Assembly: GCA_965214785.1 (NCBI GenBank)
Contig: OZ243975.1
Location: forward strand, 708,914-772,913
DNA: 64,000 nt
Direction of reading: 5' to 3'
From: Arenicellales bacterium
GTDB lineage: Bacteria; Pseudomonadota; Gammaproteobacteria; Arenicellales; JAJDZL01
This document shows positions 18,901 through 26,181 of this stretch, piece after piece. The number at the start of each line of letters is the position of its first letter. Positions within the stretch are counted from its first letter, which is position 1. Both the position numbers and the translations under genes were made by a program. The notes under the pieces are model-generated. The model had not been told where the DNA came from. It ran no database searches and was given only the letters and a program-made list of their open reading frames with translations.

Positions 18901-19885
18901 AAGTGATACCACTTTATCTGAAGATGCAAGAAAGGTTTTATGCAACGGTGCAATCCTAAAAGGCAGTGGTGATGTTGAAGCGACTTTGACTGCAGCTGTA
19001 CCCTATGCATCGTTTGATGCGACTGAGCGTCTTAAGGTATGGGGTGCATTGGGTTTGGGTACAGGCGATGTGACGTTAAAGCCCAATACCGGCGGCAAGT
19101 TAAGTTCCGATATCTCCTGGACCATGGCAGCAGGTGGCCTGCGCGGGGATGTAATATCACAAGGAAGTGGTTTCTCTCTTGCCATCAAGTCCGATGTGCT
19201 GTGGGCGCGTACCACTTCAGATAAGACCAATCAGCTGGCGGCATCGGATTCGAAGGTGACGCGTCTTCGCTTTGGACTTGAAGGGGCCTGGACCATGGCA
19301 TTGGACGGCAATGGCACCGTTACACCGAAACTTGAAGCCGGCATGCGCCATGACGGCGGTGATGCGGAAAGCGGATTCGGTGTAGAGTTAGGAGGAAGTG
19401 TTGTATGGACAGATCCAACGCTTGGCATGTCATTGGATGTATCGGGCAGAACGCTTGTCACCCACGACGATGATGATCTAAAAGACTCAGGCTTTGCAGC
19501 ATCGCTGATCTGGGATCCGAAGCCTCAAAGCGCACGCGGAGCGTCGTTTACTGTGAACTTGGACCGCGGTGCTCAGGCCAAAGGCGGCATGGATGCGTTA
19601 TTTACCCCGCAGACCTTGGAGCGGCGTACAGGCACCAGTACAGATTCTGCTCGCTGGCGCGCTGAGGCCGCTTACGGCACAGCGGCTCCGGGTGGTCGTT
19701 ATGTCTCAAGTCCCTATATGGGTCTGGGTCTGGGTTCAGGTACGCGCGAATACACATTGGGTTGGAAGATCACGCCTGAGCCCAATGCACCGGATGTGTC
19801 TTTTGGGCTTCGCACCACGCGTACTGAATCCGATTCGGCTTCTGCGCATCATGATGTGCGGTTCGAGGCGATTGCCCGCTGGTAG
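12902..19885 (+). CDS. Giant type Va autotransporter adhesin-like protein. The passenger has Ig-like, Calx-beta and FN3 modules, and the C-terminus is a beta-barrel translocator.
   Basis: 2327 aa. AGGAG lies 7 nt upstream of the ATG. Signal peptide MTGLLALLIAATWMSGAQA|Q is at residues 48-67.

Three modules carry the LTFT..NW...QTVTVT motif. An FN3-like segment reads VQVTAVDDTSASVTWDAVEHATSYDVSW. Several Calx-beta-like modules are present, for example FSVADETANENVGLMYFTVRLDRS...DEDPETFEVVLSNPTGGTAIGDGVAVGTIVNSD.

The C-terminal roughly 520 aa has autotransporter barrel features (RLRFGLEGAW...MRHDGGDAESGFGVELGG) and ends ...VRFEAIARW. Confidence 0.85.
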   Translation: MNGSSKDRTDNPVIEIRPKFCFKRCSRLSHYRAGAASQYAGRLFRNVMTGLLALLIAATWMSGAQAQSTANPAGLCEGQITEVTFSDVSASSTTTPTWVDITNTSFSSGHVWFVNTDGTNAGQSNFPVSVVNDSFTVRIQLADNLVTSSGASTVSVSELSSSYWDGVRFDIWDSTDSRCAASTTDGVTLSVSALTLTELGSSSDAEKTYTVVLDTDPGADVTFTATVPAANSSEVEIKTGSGAFGSSATLTFTHGNTGNWSSAQTVTVRALNDANATNTTSFNLTHSLTVASGPYASITPDPVAVSVTDAGHGVTVSKASVSATVGGATGTYTIQLKSQPGGSVVITPTSSATARATVSGALTFTNSNWSTPQTVTVTGVDAGSATISHMVTTGTTDYPTSTTIASVTATVTTSTSSVPVISMSLPSGESEMYTDDDELIRPESEGGTGVLFTVSADRPLPSTLTVCVRVTESGGDRVTSGNEGIKTVSLPSETLTTSSNTHSLTWTNTNTDDQDSSVTVEVVAPSTVGCSVANDAYTVSSSDASDKLLIQDDEATTVSLTSTDITMTEGDASDTATLTVSLSRQLYAGEVIVVPLTLASSTGARLPGSTNSGTANHDFTVAAAAASGHSGLTIANALTATPSLTFTGHDSNTVQTATVTLTPVANRDDGNMARESITVTLASDSILGATGTGTTVSGGVQRHASNNAATLTLEDDEAVPAGTPGITLSPLGPLRLLETGTTSYTVVLDAAPTHDVTVTVTKSQAGLTGTGTGRTPDQNAADPSSNQLTFTTTNWSQPQTVTVTGADESGRHRNRAMRLIHSAGSTDSRYTGFNTNIRVDVDDAPEVEAFWYIKGGGALNSRIRRPHTITSSGLTAWQNAAPGDRINYAVRLSNRPAPGGTVTVTATVPSDKRNLVGLSLTEGGTAQDTVTVEFKDRSPGAGTGCSNWFGHQAHQYFDSHGNTRTVSGRQPGESYDGTADTPWECWRMIYVVRKDASRDIDDTCVDITHTATGGGVRKVTVDTIRAHVRNPSRNRRGSRGYNSQCSNLTGNTLSPQGSPAKAAPTPTEAVANVQVTAVDDTSASVTWDAVEHATSYDVSWSAESSDALNASAGDLPGITATTTTIDHGASVPMTLTVTVIPEYIDENGDTVQLDDLGTTATLEVGPGSDALRAEAQSPDTQSTQSAVTPAQRLEAAKLCVSDTLMEKTKRYYELHRNKAPGYGANWFAILTAFGERTQVDWTADSRSIEPMSAASSRERESKWSGWKPFTEALECVEGELAKVQAAAQAEAQAAEQAAEQADEVAPLVLPDDLTVTLESADSASGVTEGTEVSFTLKADSAPTKELEVTVTVTQTGSVADTSATGERKVTIPVGQTQAAFKVATLADDTDEVQGSLTATVSDGTGYKTDDQSASVTVAVNDDDATSITLSASADDLTEIVSEGSSKKTLTVTLGRTLIEGESIEVPLVFTGTASLGSDYTLEAPKTVPTGVSYANLGGSDPAKAPTVTFAGSTGGVSSLTATLTLTTVADSKAEDDKETVTVKLGTPATTGLGGGVSTSGNVQFSILEPVPEISITAKTETVTEGTDAVFTVKASRSSGSDLTVNLTVSESEGSDFVAADKEGTATVTITKGETEADFSVPTVNDTVNEPDGSVTVTVVEDGEKGQYYSQASSPGDSASIKITDNDAVATGPEFSVADETANENVGLMYFTVRLDRSLSQKVQVTFNVRESSPVSARMGQDYFWWWEDGLALTFYPGQTQKKMWVYVYNDNHDEDPETFEVVLSNPTGGTAIGDGVAVGTIVNSDPMPAAWLSRFGRTAAQQALDGIAARIESSRTSGIEGSIAGQALVFDPQSKSLVTSGTAQNSTANSLTETSSLASFDADHAFGDKKDASGNTDPFGYQSYSMTEREALLASSFTATEDKDSSGGSLAFWGQASQSNFDGTEGTFSLDGEATTLMSGTDYARGEWLLGIALMQSKGKGGYRDTDTVKQADLPQCKEESDTTLSEDARKVLCNGAILKGSGDVEATLTAAVPYASFDATERLKVWGALGLGTGDVTLKPNTGGKLSSDISWTMAAGGLRGDVISQGSGFSLAIKSDVLWARTTSDKTNQLAASDSKVTRLRFGLEGAWTMALDGNGTVTPKLEAGMRHDGGDAESGFGVELGGSVVWTDPTLGMSLDVSGRTLVTHDDDDLKDSGFAASLIWDPKPQSARGASFTVNLDRGAQAKGGMDALFTPQTLERRTGTSTDSARWRAEAAYGTAAPGGRYVSSPYMGLGLGSGTREYTLGWKITPEPNAPDVSFGLRTTRTESDSASAHHDVRFEAIARW
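13430..16310. other. Very GC-rich compositional segment embedded in the autotransporter ORF
   Basis: Hand counts of 60-nt samples: 65% G+C at 13561-13620 and 80% at 15061-15120. The flanks give 48% at 13381-13440, 45% at 16321-16380 and 47% at 17161-17220. The reading frame is continuous across both boundaries. Confidence 0.8.
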
Positions 19886-20015
19886 GGAAAAGTAACAGGC
19901 AACAAAAGCGGTTATTTGGATGAGGCGCTGTGCAGGCATGGCGCTTTATCCTCGCGTTTCTCACCGAATTGGTTTGTAGTCCGACTAAATTACCAATTTT
20001 ACATAGGGTTTAAAA

Positions 20016-20666
20016 ATGACTGAAGAACTAATTTGGCTTGCAGATGCTTTACGAGGACTACCATTTTGGACCGGTTACCGCAAATCATATTTTTACAATT
20101 ATCCGATTTCTGAAGCCGCCTTTGTCGCAGAAACCTGTAGTTTGATACAGGCAAGACTACCATCGCGAAACTATAGGTTGTGGCCCGAATGCATGTACAA
20201 AGATATCCTCCCTCCAACCAACTCGAATAAAGAGGAATTTAATCAATCGCGATCTGATCTCGTGCTAACCGACAATCCCGTCAAACCAAAACTGAAAAGT
20301 GCAGCCGACGAATCTGCTTCGCATATTAGATTCGTCATGGAGGTCAAACTAGCCTCTTCTCAATTCATTGTTAAGGATTTACATAGATTGCATAAGTTCG
20401 TGAAGGCCTCAGATTCAAATGTTCCTTCGTTTCTATTAGTAATATTTGAGAACACACACAAGCATAATAGTTCCAGACTTAAGCAGTTCATCAACAACGG
20501 AATTGGCATCAGAGGACCACAACAAATTCCCGACAACGAAGGTTACTATAGAGTTCGTAGAACACTGAAGGCTGCGGCGAGTTTCAAAGGTAAAGAGAAC
20601 GCCTACTATGTCTGCTTGATCGAAGTCTTACAAAATAGCGGTGATAAAGTGACAACAATTCAGTGA
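20016..20666 (+). CDS. Hypothetical protein with a PD-(D/E)XK nuclease-like motif pattern
   Basis: 216-aa ORF in an AT-rich segment. An early helix contains E (ISEAAFVAETCSL), followed by RSDLVLTD and then FVMEVKL. This D...E-x-K arrangement is typical of the restriction-endonuclease fold. I recognise no named family. Confidence 0.5.
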   Translation: MTEELIWLADALRGLPFWTGYRKSYFYNYPISEAAFVAETCSLIQARLPSRNYRLWPECMYKDILPPTNSNKEEFNQSRSDLVLTDNPVKPKLKSAADESASHIRFVMEVKLASSQFIVKDLHRLHKFVKASDSNVPSFLLVIFENTHKHNSSRLKQFINNGIGIRGPQQIPDNEGYYRVRRTLKAAASFKGKENAYYVCLIEVLQNSGDKVTTIQ

Positions 20667-20710
20667 ATGAATTATTGATTCGGTTGCTACAGAGACTAAA
20701 TGTACTGACT

Positions 20711-21070
20711 TCATCGCTTGTGGTATCCATAACTAAAGCAAATTCGAGACAAGTTTGCAGCTATTTTTTCTTGTTGCAATGTTGGATTAACACACTTTGC
20801 GATGGTGATGCGCACGCTCATTGTCACTCCAATCGAGAACCGTTGTGAACTTTCTTCCGCAAAACCCGCTGTAGCGCACTGTTGACCTGCATTGACACAC
20901 AATGCGGTTTTCTCCAGGCGACTCGGCATTGCTAACCGCCCAGCACCATCGCAATACGTAGAACACAAGAAAATTTTTTGATTTATCACACGTGCAAACA
21001 GTAAAATTGCACCCTTATTATTTCTCACATGGAAACTTGCAGTTTGTCCGGGTGCCTTTTGGGTCGGCAT
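20711..21070 (-). CDS. Hypothetical Cys-containing ORF; possibly spurious
   Basis: 119-aa ORF with no recognisable family. It overlaps the predicted rpsB promoter/leader and an opposite-strand 61-aa ORF (20663-20848). Confidence 0.2.
   Translation of the reverse strand: MPTQKAPGQTASFHVRNNKGAILLFARVINQKIFLCSTYCDGAGRLAMPSRLEKTALCVNAGQQCATAGFAEESSQRFSIGVTMSVRITIAKCVNPTLQQEKIAANLSRICFSYGYHKR
20978..21007 (+). promoter_or_regulatory. Candidate sigma-70 promoter for rpsB-tsf
   Basis: TTGATT (20978-20983), an 18-nt spacer, then TAAAAT (21002-21007). It lies about 100 nt upstream of the rpsB ATG, leaving a leader of the kind known to mediate S2 autoregulation in gammaproteobacteria. Confidence 0.3.
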
Positions 21071-21110
21071 TCTGCACCATGGTGGTTAAACCCGAACTGG
21101 AGTAAACTTC

Positions 21111-22292
21111 ATGACTGATGTCACTATGCGCCAATTGCTCGAAGCAGGCGCGCACTTCGGACACCAGACTCGTTTCTGGTCACCCAAAATGAGACCGTAC
21201 ATTTACGGTCACCGTAACAAAATCCATATCATCAACCTGGAACAAACGTATTCCATGTTCAACGATGCGTTGAACTACCTCGGAGGCATTGCCGCGAAAC
21301 GAGGAACTGTAATGTTTGTCGGCACTAAACGCCAGGCAGGGGAGATTGTCCGTGAACAAGGCCAACGGGCCAACTGTCCCTATGTCTATCATCGATGGCT
21401 CGGTGGTATGCTTACCAACTACAGGACTGTCCGAAAATCGATTGATCGTCTAAGAGACCTCGAAGAAACCATGCGTTCGGAGGGATTTAGCAGAATTTCT
21501 AAAAAAGAAGCCATGCAGATTACCAGAGAACACTTCCGATTAGATAGGAACCTGTCAGGGATAAGAGACATGCAAGGGTTGCCTGACGCTTTGTTTGTTA
21601 TTGATGTGCGCCACGAATATATCGCTGTTCAGGAAGCCAGAAAACTTGGCATACCCGTAGTGGCGGTGGTCGACACAAATTGTGATCCTGATGGAGTCGA
21701 TTATGTCATCCCCGGTAATGATGATGCGATCAGTTCGATTCGGCTGTTTTGCACGGCAGCTGCCGAAGCTGTGATCGCCGGACAAACGCTCGCAGACGCT
21801 TCAGCACCTTACCAGGGTAACAGCGAGCCGTTGCCTCCAGGTGACGAAGTCTCCTCGACACTGAGCATCACAAGTGCCAGAGCATCTGTAGCGCCGTCAT
21901 GGGAAGGTGATGATGAAAGTCAACAAACAGCTGACCCGGCACAGCCAGGCGAAGTTGGCCAGCCACCTTCTGAAGACGCAGAATCTTCTGCAACACCTCA
22001 GGCTGCAATTGAAGAATTGTCCGCAGACGACAACAGCACTATAGTCACTGAGGAAGTCGCAGAGACACCACAAGATGAAACAACCGATGCAAATGCAAGT
22101 GAAAACGTCGAAGGTAGTAATGACGACCCAGTGGATGAACCGTCACAAGAAGCAGTGACCAACGGCGAATCTGCCAGCGAACAAGCACAGGGCGATGACG
22201 AGGTTTCGGCAAGTGCAGATGATTCTTCAGAATCAAACGGTCAGTCTACAACAGACACAGACAATTCAGATGAGTCTCAAGCAAAGCCTTAA
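21111..22292 (+). CDS. rpsB: 30S ribosomal protein S2 with a roughly 165-aa acidic low-complexity C-terminal extension
   Basis: The N-terminus [28 protein letters not shown] is canonical S2. The conserved core ends near residue 225 ([10 protein letters not shown]). The protein is 393 aa, whereas E. coli S2 is 241 aa. Confidence 0.95.
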
Positions 22293-22350
22293 AGAATAGA
22301 AGTCTTGATCAGCTTTGCTTCGATCGCTCAAACATAATTTTATAACTCGC

Positions 22351-22396
22351 CTTGTGAACAGCCGGTATTAACCGTTCACAGGCATACCCCTTTTTA
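22351..22396 (+). terminator. Hairpin plus T-run between rpsB and tsf; a possible attenuator
   Basis: TGTGAAC (22353-22359) pairs with GTTCACA (22374-22380). TTTTT at 22391-22395 lies 10 nt after the stem, so this is not a canonical intrinsic terminator. Confidence 0.3.
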
Positions 22397-22408
22397 TTGG
22401 AGGTCAAA

Positions 22409-23245
22409 TTGGAAATATCAGCGACTATGGTGAAACAGCTCAGGGACCAGACAGGTGCCGGCATCATGGATTGCAAAAAAGTACTGGTAGAATGCGACGG
22501 CGACCAGCAAAAGGCTATTGAAGCCTTGCGTAAAAAAGGCGCCGAACTGGCAGATGCACGCGCCGGGCGCGCGGCGTCAGAAGGACTGATTGTTTGCAAA
22601 ATTTCAGACAATCGGGATATGGGCGCACTGGTTGAAGTCAACTGCGAGACAGACTTTGTTTCTCGGGGCGATGAATTTCGAAACTTCGCAGTGCCGCTTG
22701 GCGCTTTGGCTCTGAGCATCGGTACAGATTGCGACGACATCTCGGTGTTAACTCAAATGGCATTCAACAACGCCGGTCAGACAGTCGAAGAAGCTCGACT
22801 CGAAATCGTTGGCAAGATTCGTGAAAACATCGCAGTTCGCCGTGTGGTCGTGTTCAAAGCCGCACCAGGCAATATCATTGGCAGTTATGTTCACCGTGAG
22901 AGAATCGGCATTCTCACCGAAATCAGCGGTGAGTCCAACACAGAATTTGCCGACGATCTTGCAGTCCATGTTGCCGTTATGAAACCGCAGTGGCTGGATG
23001 TCGGGAACATTCCCGCAGATGTAATCGACAAGGAAAAGGAAATCTACCTTGATCAGGCACGCACTTCTGGCAAGCCTGAACACATACTTGATAAAATCGT
23101 TGACGGGAAAATTAAAAAGTTTTCCAATGAACACACCTTGCTGAATCAGGCATACTACGAGGACGAAGAAAAAACCGTTGCAACAGTGCTCAAAGAAAAT
23201 GACTCTTCAGCCGCTCGGTTTTGCCTCATTGAGCTTGGAAAATAA
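22409..23245 (+). CDS. tsf: Elongation factor Ts
   Basis: (M)EISATMVKQLRDQTGAGIMDCKK aligns with the E. coli EF-Ts N-terminus. A TTG at 22409 is preceded by GGAGG (22399-22403). The ORF track's alternative start is TTG at 22397. Confidence 0.93.
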   Translation: MEISATMVKQLRDQTGAGIMDCKKVLVECDGDQQKAIEALRKKGAELADARAGRAASEGLIVCKISDNRDMGALVEVNCETDFVSRGDEFRNFAVPLGALALSIGTDCDDISVLTQMAFNNAGQTVEEARLEIVGKIRENIAVRRVVVFKAAPGNIIGSYVHRERIGILTEISGESNTEFADDLAVHVAVMKPQWLDVGNIPADVIDKEKEIYLDQARTSGKPEHILDKIVDGKIKKFSNEHTLLNQAYYEDEEKTVATVLKENDSSAARFCLIELGK

Positions 23246-23266
23246 CACTGTGACACGACTTAAGTT

Positions 23267-24007
23267 TTGAATCACCCTGTACCCCAGCAACGCTATCGCA
23301 CTGTGTTGTTCAAACTCAGTGGAGAGTTGCTTGGTGGTGAAAAAGGGTTCGGAATCGATCCTGATGCAATTCTAAGCGTAAGCAAACAACTCGCTGCCGT
23401 GTCAAATGCCGGAGTAAAAGTCGGTATTGTGATCGGCGGCGGGAATTTCTTTCGCGGCGCTCAACACTCCGAACTGATGGTTACAGATGTTCGAAAACAC
23501 CAAATGGGCATGCTCTTTACAGTCTGTAATGCTCTGGCACTAGAACAGACGCTGATTAGCTTGAACTCACCGGCTGCCGTGCAGTCGGCAGTAGATTTGC
23601 CATCGGTAGTGCAGCGCTACGATGCAGTTTCCTTTCAAAAACATTTTGATGAAAATCGCATCGTAATTTTCGCCGGTGGCACAGGTAACACACATGTCAC
23701 GACCGATACAGCTGCCAGTCTGCGAGCGATCGAAATCCAGGCGGATGTCTTGCTGAAAGCTACCAAAGTTGATGGAATCTATTCTGCTGATCCGGTGTCC
23801 AACCCATCAGCAATTCATTACACGCGACTTACCTACGACGAGGTGCTGTCAAAAAACCTTGCTGTTATGGATGCCGCATCGGTTGCTCTGTGTCGACAAC
23901 ACAGTCTGCCAATTCGAGTGTTCGACGCATCAGTTCAAGGCGGTATCGAACAGTGCGGACTTGGAGTCGATTGCGGGACCTTGGTAACAGGAGAAATACA
24001 ATCATGA
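23267..24007 (+). CDS. pyrH: UMP kinase
   Basis: 246 aa. Motifs include FKLSGELLGG and GIVIGGGNFFRG. It lies in tsf-pyrH-frr synteny. Confidence 0.95.
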   Translation: MNHPVPQQRYRTVLFKLSGELLGGEKGFGIDPDAILSVSKQLAAVSNAGVKVGIVIGGGNFFRGAQHSELMVTDVRKHQMGMLFTVCNALALEQTLISLNSPAAVQSAVDLPSVVQRYDAVSFQKHFDENRIVIFAGGTGNTHVTTDTAASLRAIEIQADVLLKATKVDGIYSADPVSNPSAIHYTRLTYDEVLSKNLAVMDAASVALCRQHSLPIRVFDASVQGGIEQCGLGVDCGTLVTGEIQS

Positions 24008-24561
24008 TCAATGTCCTTATTTCTGATGCTGAATCGAGAATGAAAAAATCGATCGTTGCCCTTCGTTCAGAGTTATCTAAACTTCGCACCGGCCGAGCTA
24101 GCACAGCATTGCTCGACCACATACGGGTTGACTACTACGGAACCTCAAGTCCACTTAATCAGGTATCCACATTGACAGTTACCGATGCCAGAACAATCGC
24201 GATCAACCCTTGGGAAAAGTCGATGATTCCAGTAATCGAAAAAGCCATCATCGAATCTGATCTTGGCTTAAACCCAATGAGTGCCGGCGAAACCATTCGA
24301 GTTCCTGTACCAACGCTAACAGAAGACCGTCGACGTGAAATCACCAAGGTAGCGAGAGCCGAAGGGGAGTCCTGTAAAGTTGCAATTCGCAACATTCGCC
24401 GCTCGGTCAACAGTGATCTGAAAGAATGGCACAAAGAAAAAGAAATTACAGAAGACGAGGAGCGCAGCGGACAGGATCAGATTCAGACTCTGACTGACCG
24501 ATTCACCAGTGAAGTCGATGAAATCATCGATCACAAAGAACAGGAAATTATGACAATATAG
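24004..24561 (+). CDS. frr: Ribosome recycling factor
   Basis: The ATG at 24004 overlaps the pyrH stop (ATGA) and gives a 185-aa protein starting MINVLISDAESRMKKSI.... The ORF-track start at 23890 lies inside pyrH and is an artefactual extension. Confidence 0.95.
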   Translation: MINVLISDAESRMKKSIVALRSELSKLRTGRASTALLDHIRVDYYGTSSPLNQVSTLTVTDARTIAINPWEKSMIPVIEKAIIESDLGLNPMSAGETIRVPVPTLTEDRRREITKVARAEGESCKVAIRNIRRSVNSDLKEWHKEKEITEDEERSGQDQIQTLTDRFTSEVDEIIDHKEQEIMTI

Positions 24562-24616
24562 CCGTGGCGGCTCTTGTCAGCAGTGCATTTCGTCATGTGA
24601 CTTTGAGGAAAGCTTC

Positions 24617-25363
24617 ATGACAGATATACCCGATCCCGATTGTCTGGCTAAAGTTCCCCGACACGTCGCCATTATCATGGACGGCAATGGCAGATGGGGC
24701 TCTAAGAAAGGAATCGGCCGCCTCGAAGGCCATCGACGCGGTGTAGAAAACGTACGCACGCTCGTTGAGCTTTGCTGTGAGCTGAACATTTCCTATCTCA
24801 CATTATTCGCATTCAGCAGTGAGAACTGGCGACGCCCCAAAGCCGAAGTACAATGGCTGATGAATCTTTTGTCCAATGCTCTTGATAAAGAAGTAAAAAA
24901 ACTCCATGCAAACGGAATTCGCCTCAAGTTTATCGGCAATACGGATGGGGTGATGGACTCAATTCAAAGCAAAATTAATGATGCAACAACACTGACAAAA
25001 TCAAACACCCGTCTTCACCTGACTATTGCCATCAATTACGGCGGTAAGTGGGATATGGTTGAAGCCTGTCGCAGTCTCGCGCAGCAGGTTAAAATCGCCT
25101 GTATCGAACCAGGCGATATTACCCAACAAACAATAAGCCAGTCCCTCAGCACTCGCGATCTTCCCGACCCGGATCTGTTTATCCGAACAGGCGGTGAAAA
25201 ACGAATCAGCAACTTCATGCTTTGGCAGCTCGCGTACACTGAACTGTATTTTACCGACACGCATTGGCCTGCTTTTGATCGAGACGAATTCTTAAAAGCG
25301 CTTGACTCTTATGCGTCACGAACAAGGCGTTTTGGTGCTGTAGCTGCTGAATCAACTGACTGA
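24617..25363 (+). CDS. uppS: Ditrans,polycis-undecaprenyl-diphosphate synthase
   Basis: 248 aa. Motifs are HVAIIMDGNGRW and FAFSSENWRRP. Confidence 0.95.
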   Translation: MTDIPDPDCLAKVPRHVAIIMDGNGRWGSKKGIGRLEGHRRGVENVRTLVELCCELNISYLTLFAFSSENWRRPKAEVQWLMNLLSNALDKEVKKLHANGIRLKFIGNTDGVMDSIQSKINDATTLTKSNTRLHLTIAINYGGKWDMVEACRSLAQQVKIACIEPGDITQQTISQSLSTRDLPDPDLFIRTGGEKRISNFMLWQLAYTELYFTDTHWPAFDRDEFLKALDSYASRTRRFGAVAAESTD

Positions 25364-25373
25364 ATAAAACGCT

Positions 25374-26180
25374 TTGCTTCGTCAACGAATCATTACCGCC
25401 TCCTCACTGATCGCTGCACTTTTAGTAGCACTGTTTTTTTTGCCACCAATGGGTTTGTTGGCCCTGCTGCTGGCGATATCAGCACTCGCTGCTTTTGAGT
25501 GGGCAAAGTTAACAGCAATAGAAAAAAGACCCGCTATGGTCGCGTTTGTTTTGATATCCATCGCGGTCTCTTCAGCGCTGGTCAAATTCAATCCCTTCGT
25601 CACCATGACGTGCCTGGCGGCTTCCGGGTTATGGATTGTTTTAGCCGCATCTTTGGCCAAACCGCAAAAATTCTACGCTTCTTCAGTTGTGCGGCAAATG
25701 ATCGGGATTTTGACAATTGCAGTGGTGGTGTACTCGATTTTTGTGATTTACGTACATTCCGCAAACGGTCAGTATTGGCTGCTTGGTTTGATTCTAATCG
25801 TGTCGGTCGCAGATATGGCTGCTTACTTTACCGGCAGGAGAATTGGTAAAACCAAGCTGGCACCGAATATCTCACCGGGAAAAACCAAAGAAGGTGTAGT
25901 AGGCGGTTTATTTGCGATTCTTGCATCTGCTATGGTCACCGGTTCATTGCTGTGGCCCCAACGCTATGGAATGATATTGAGCTGGACTGGCGTATGTATT
26001 TTGACAGCCGCTTTTTCCATCGCGGGTGATCTTTTTATCAGCGTGCAAAAGCGTATCGCTCAAGTAAAAGACAGCGGAACACTGCTGCCGGGACACGGAG
26101 GCGTACTGGATCGAATTGACAGCATGTTGTCGGCTGCACCGGTGTACGCATTTTGCGTCGTTACAATACTGTCCGACTAA
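25374..26180 (+). CDS. cdsA: Phosphatidate cytidylyltransferase
   Basis: 268-aa polytopic membrane protein. The C-terminal signature is SVQKRIAQVKDSGTLLPGHGGVLDRIDS. Confidence 0.9.
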   Translation: MLRQRIITASSLIAALLVALFFLPPMGLLALLLAISALAAFEWAKLTAIEKRPAMVAFVLISIAVSSALVKFNPFVTMTCLAASGLWIVLAASLAKPQKFYASSVVRQMIGILTIAVVVYSIFVIYVHSANGQYWLLGLILIVSVADMAAYFTGRRIGKTKLAPNISPGKTKEGVVGGLFAILASAMVTGSLLWPQRYGMILSWTGVCILTAAFSIAGDLFISVQKRIAQVKDSGTLLPGHGGVLDRIDSMLSAAPVYAFCVVTILSD

Positions 26181-26181
26181 A

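Noticed and set aside
8043-21110. Calling the map-rpsB insertion a mobile element or genomic island in the strict sense.
   Set aside because: I could see no integrase, transposase, tRNA target or flanking direct repeats. It is reported only as an atypical insertion.
22309-22740. 143-aa minus-strand ORF across the rpsB-tsf junction.
   Set aside because: It is antisense to tsf and has a low-complexity Ser/Ala/Pro-rich translation. EF-Ts on the plus strand is unambiguous.
23890-24003. 5' extensions in the ORF track for frr (23890), dxr (26116), lpxB (34061), maeA (53660), era (61480) and the Rpn-like gene (49371).
   Set aside because: In each case an internal ATG gives an N-terminus that matches known orthologues. 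It also removes the overlap with the upstream gene, so I moved the starts.
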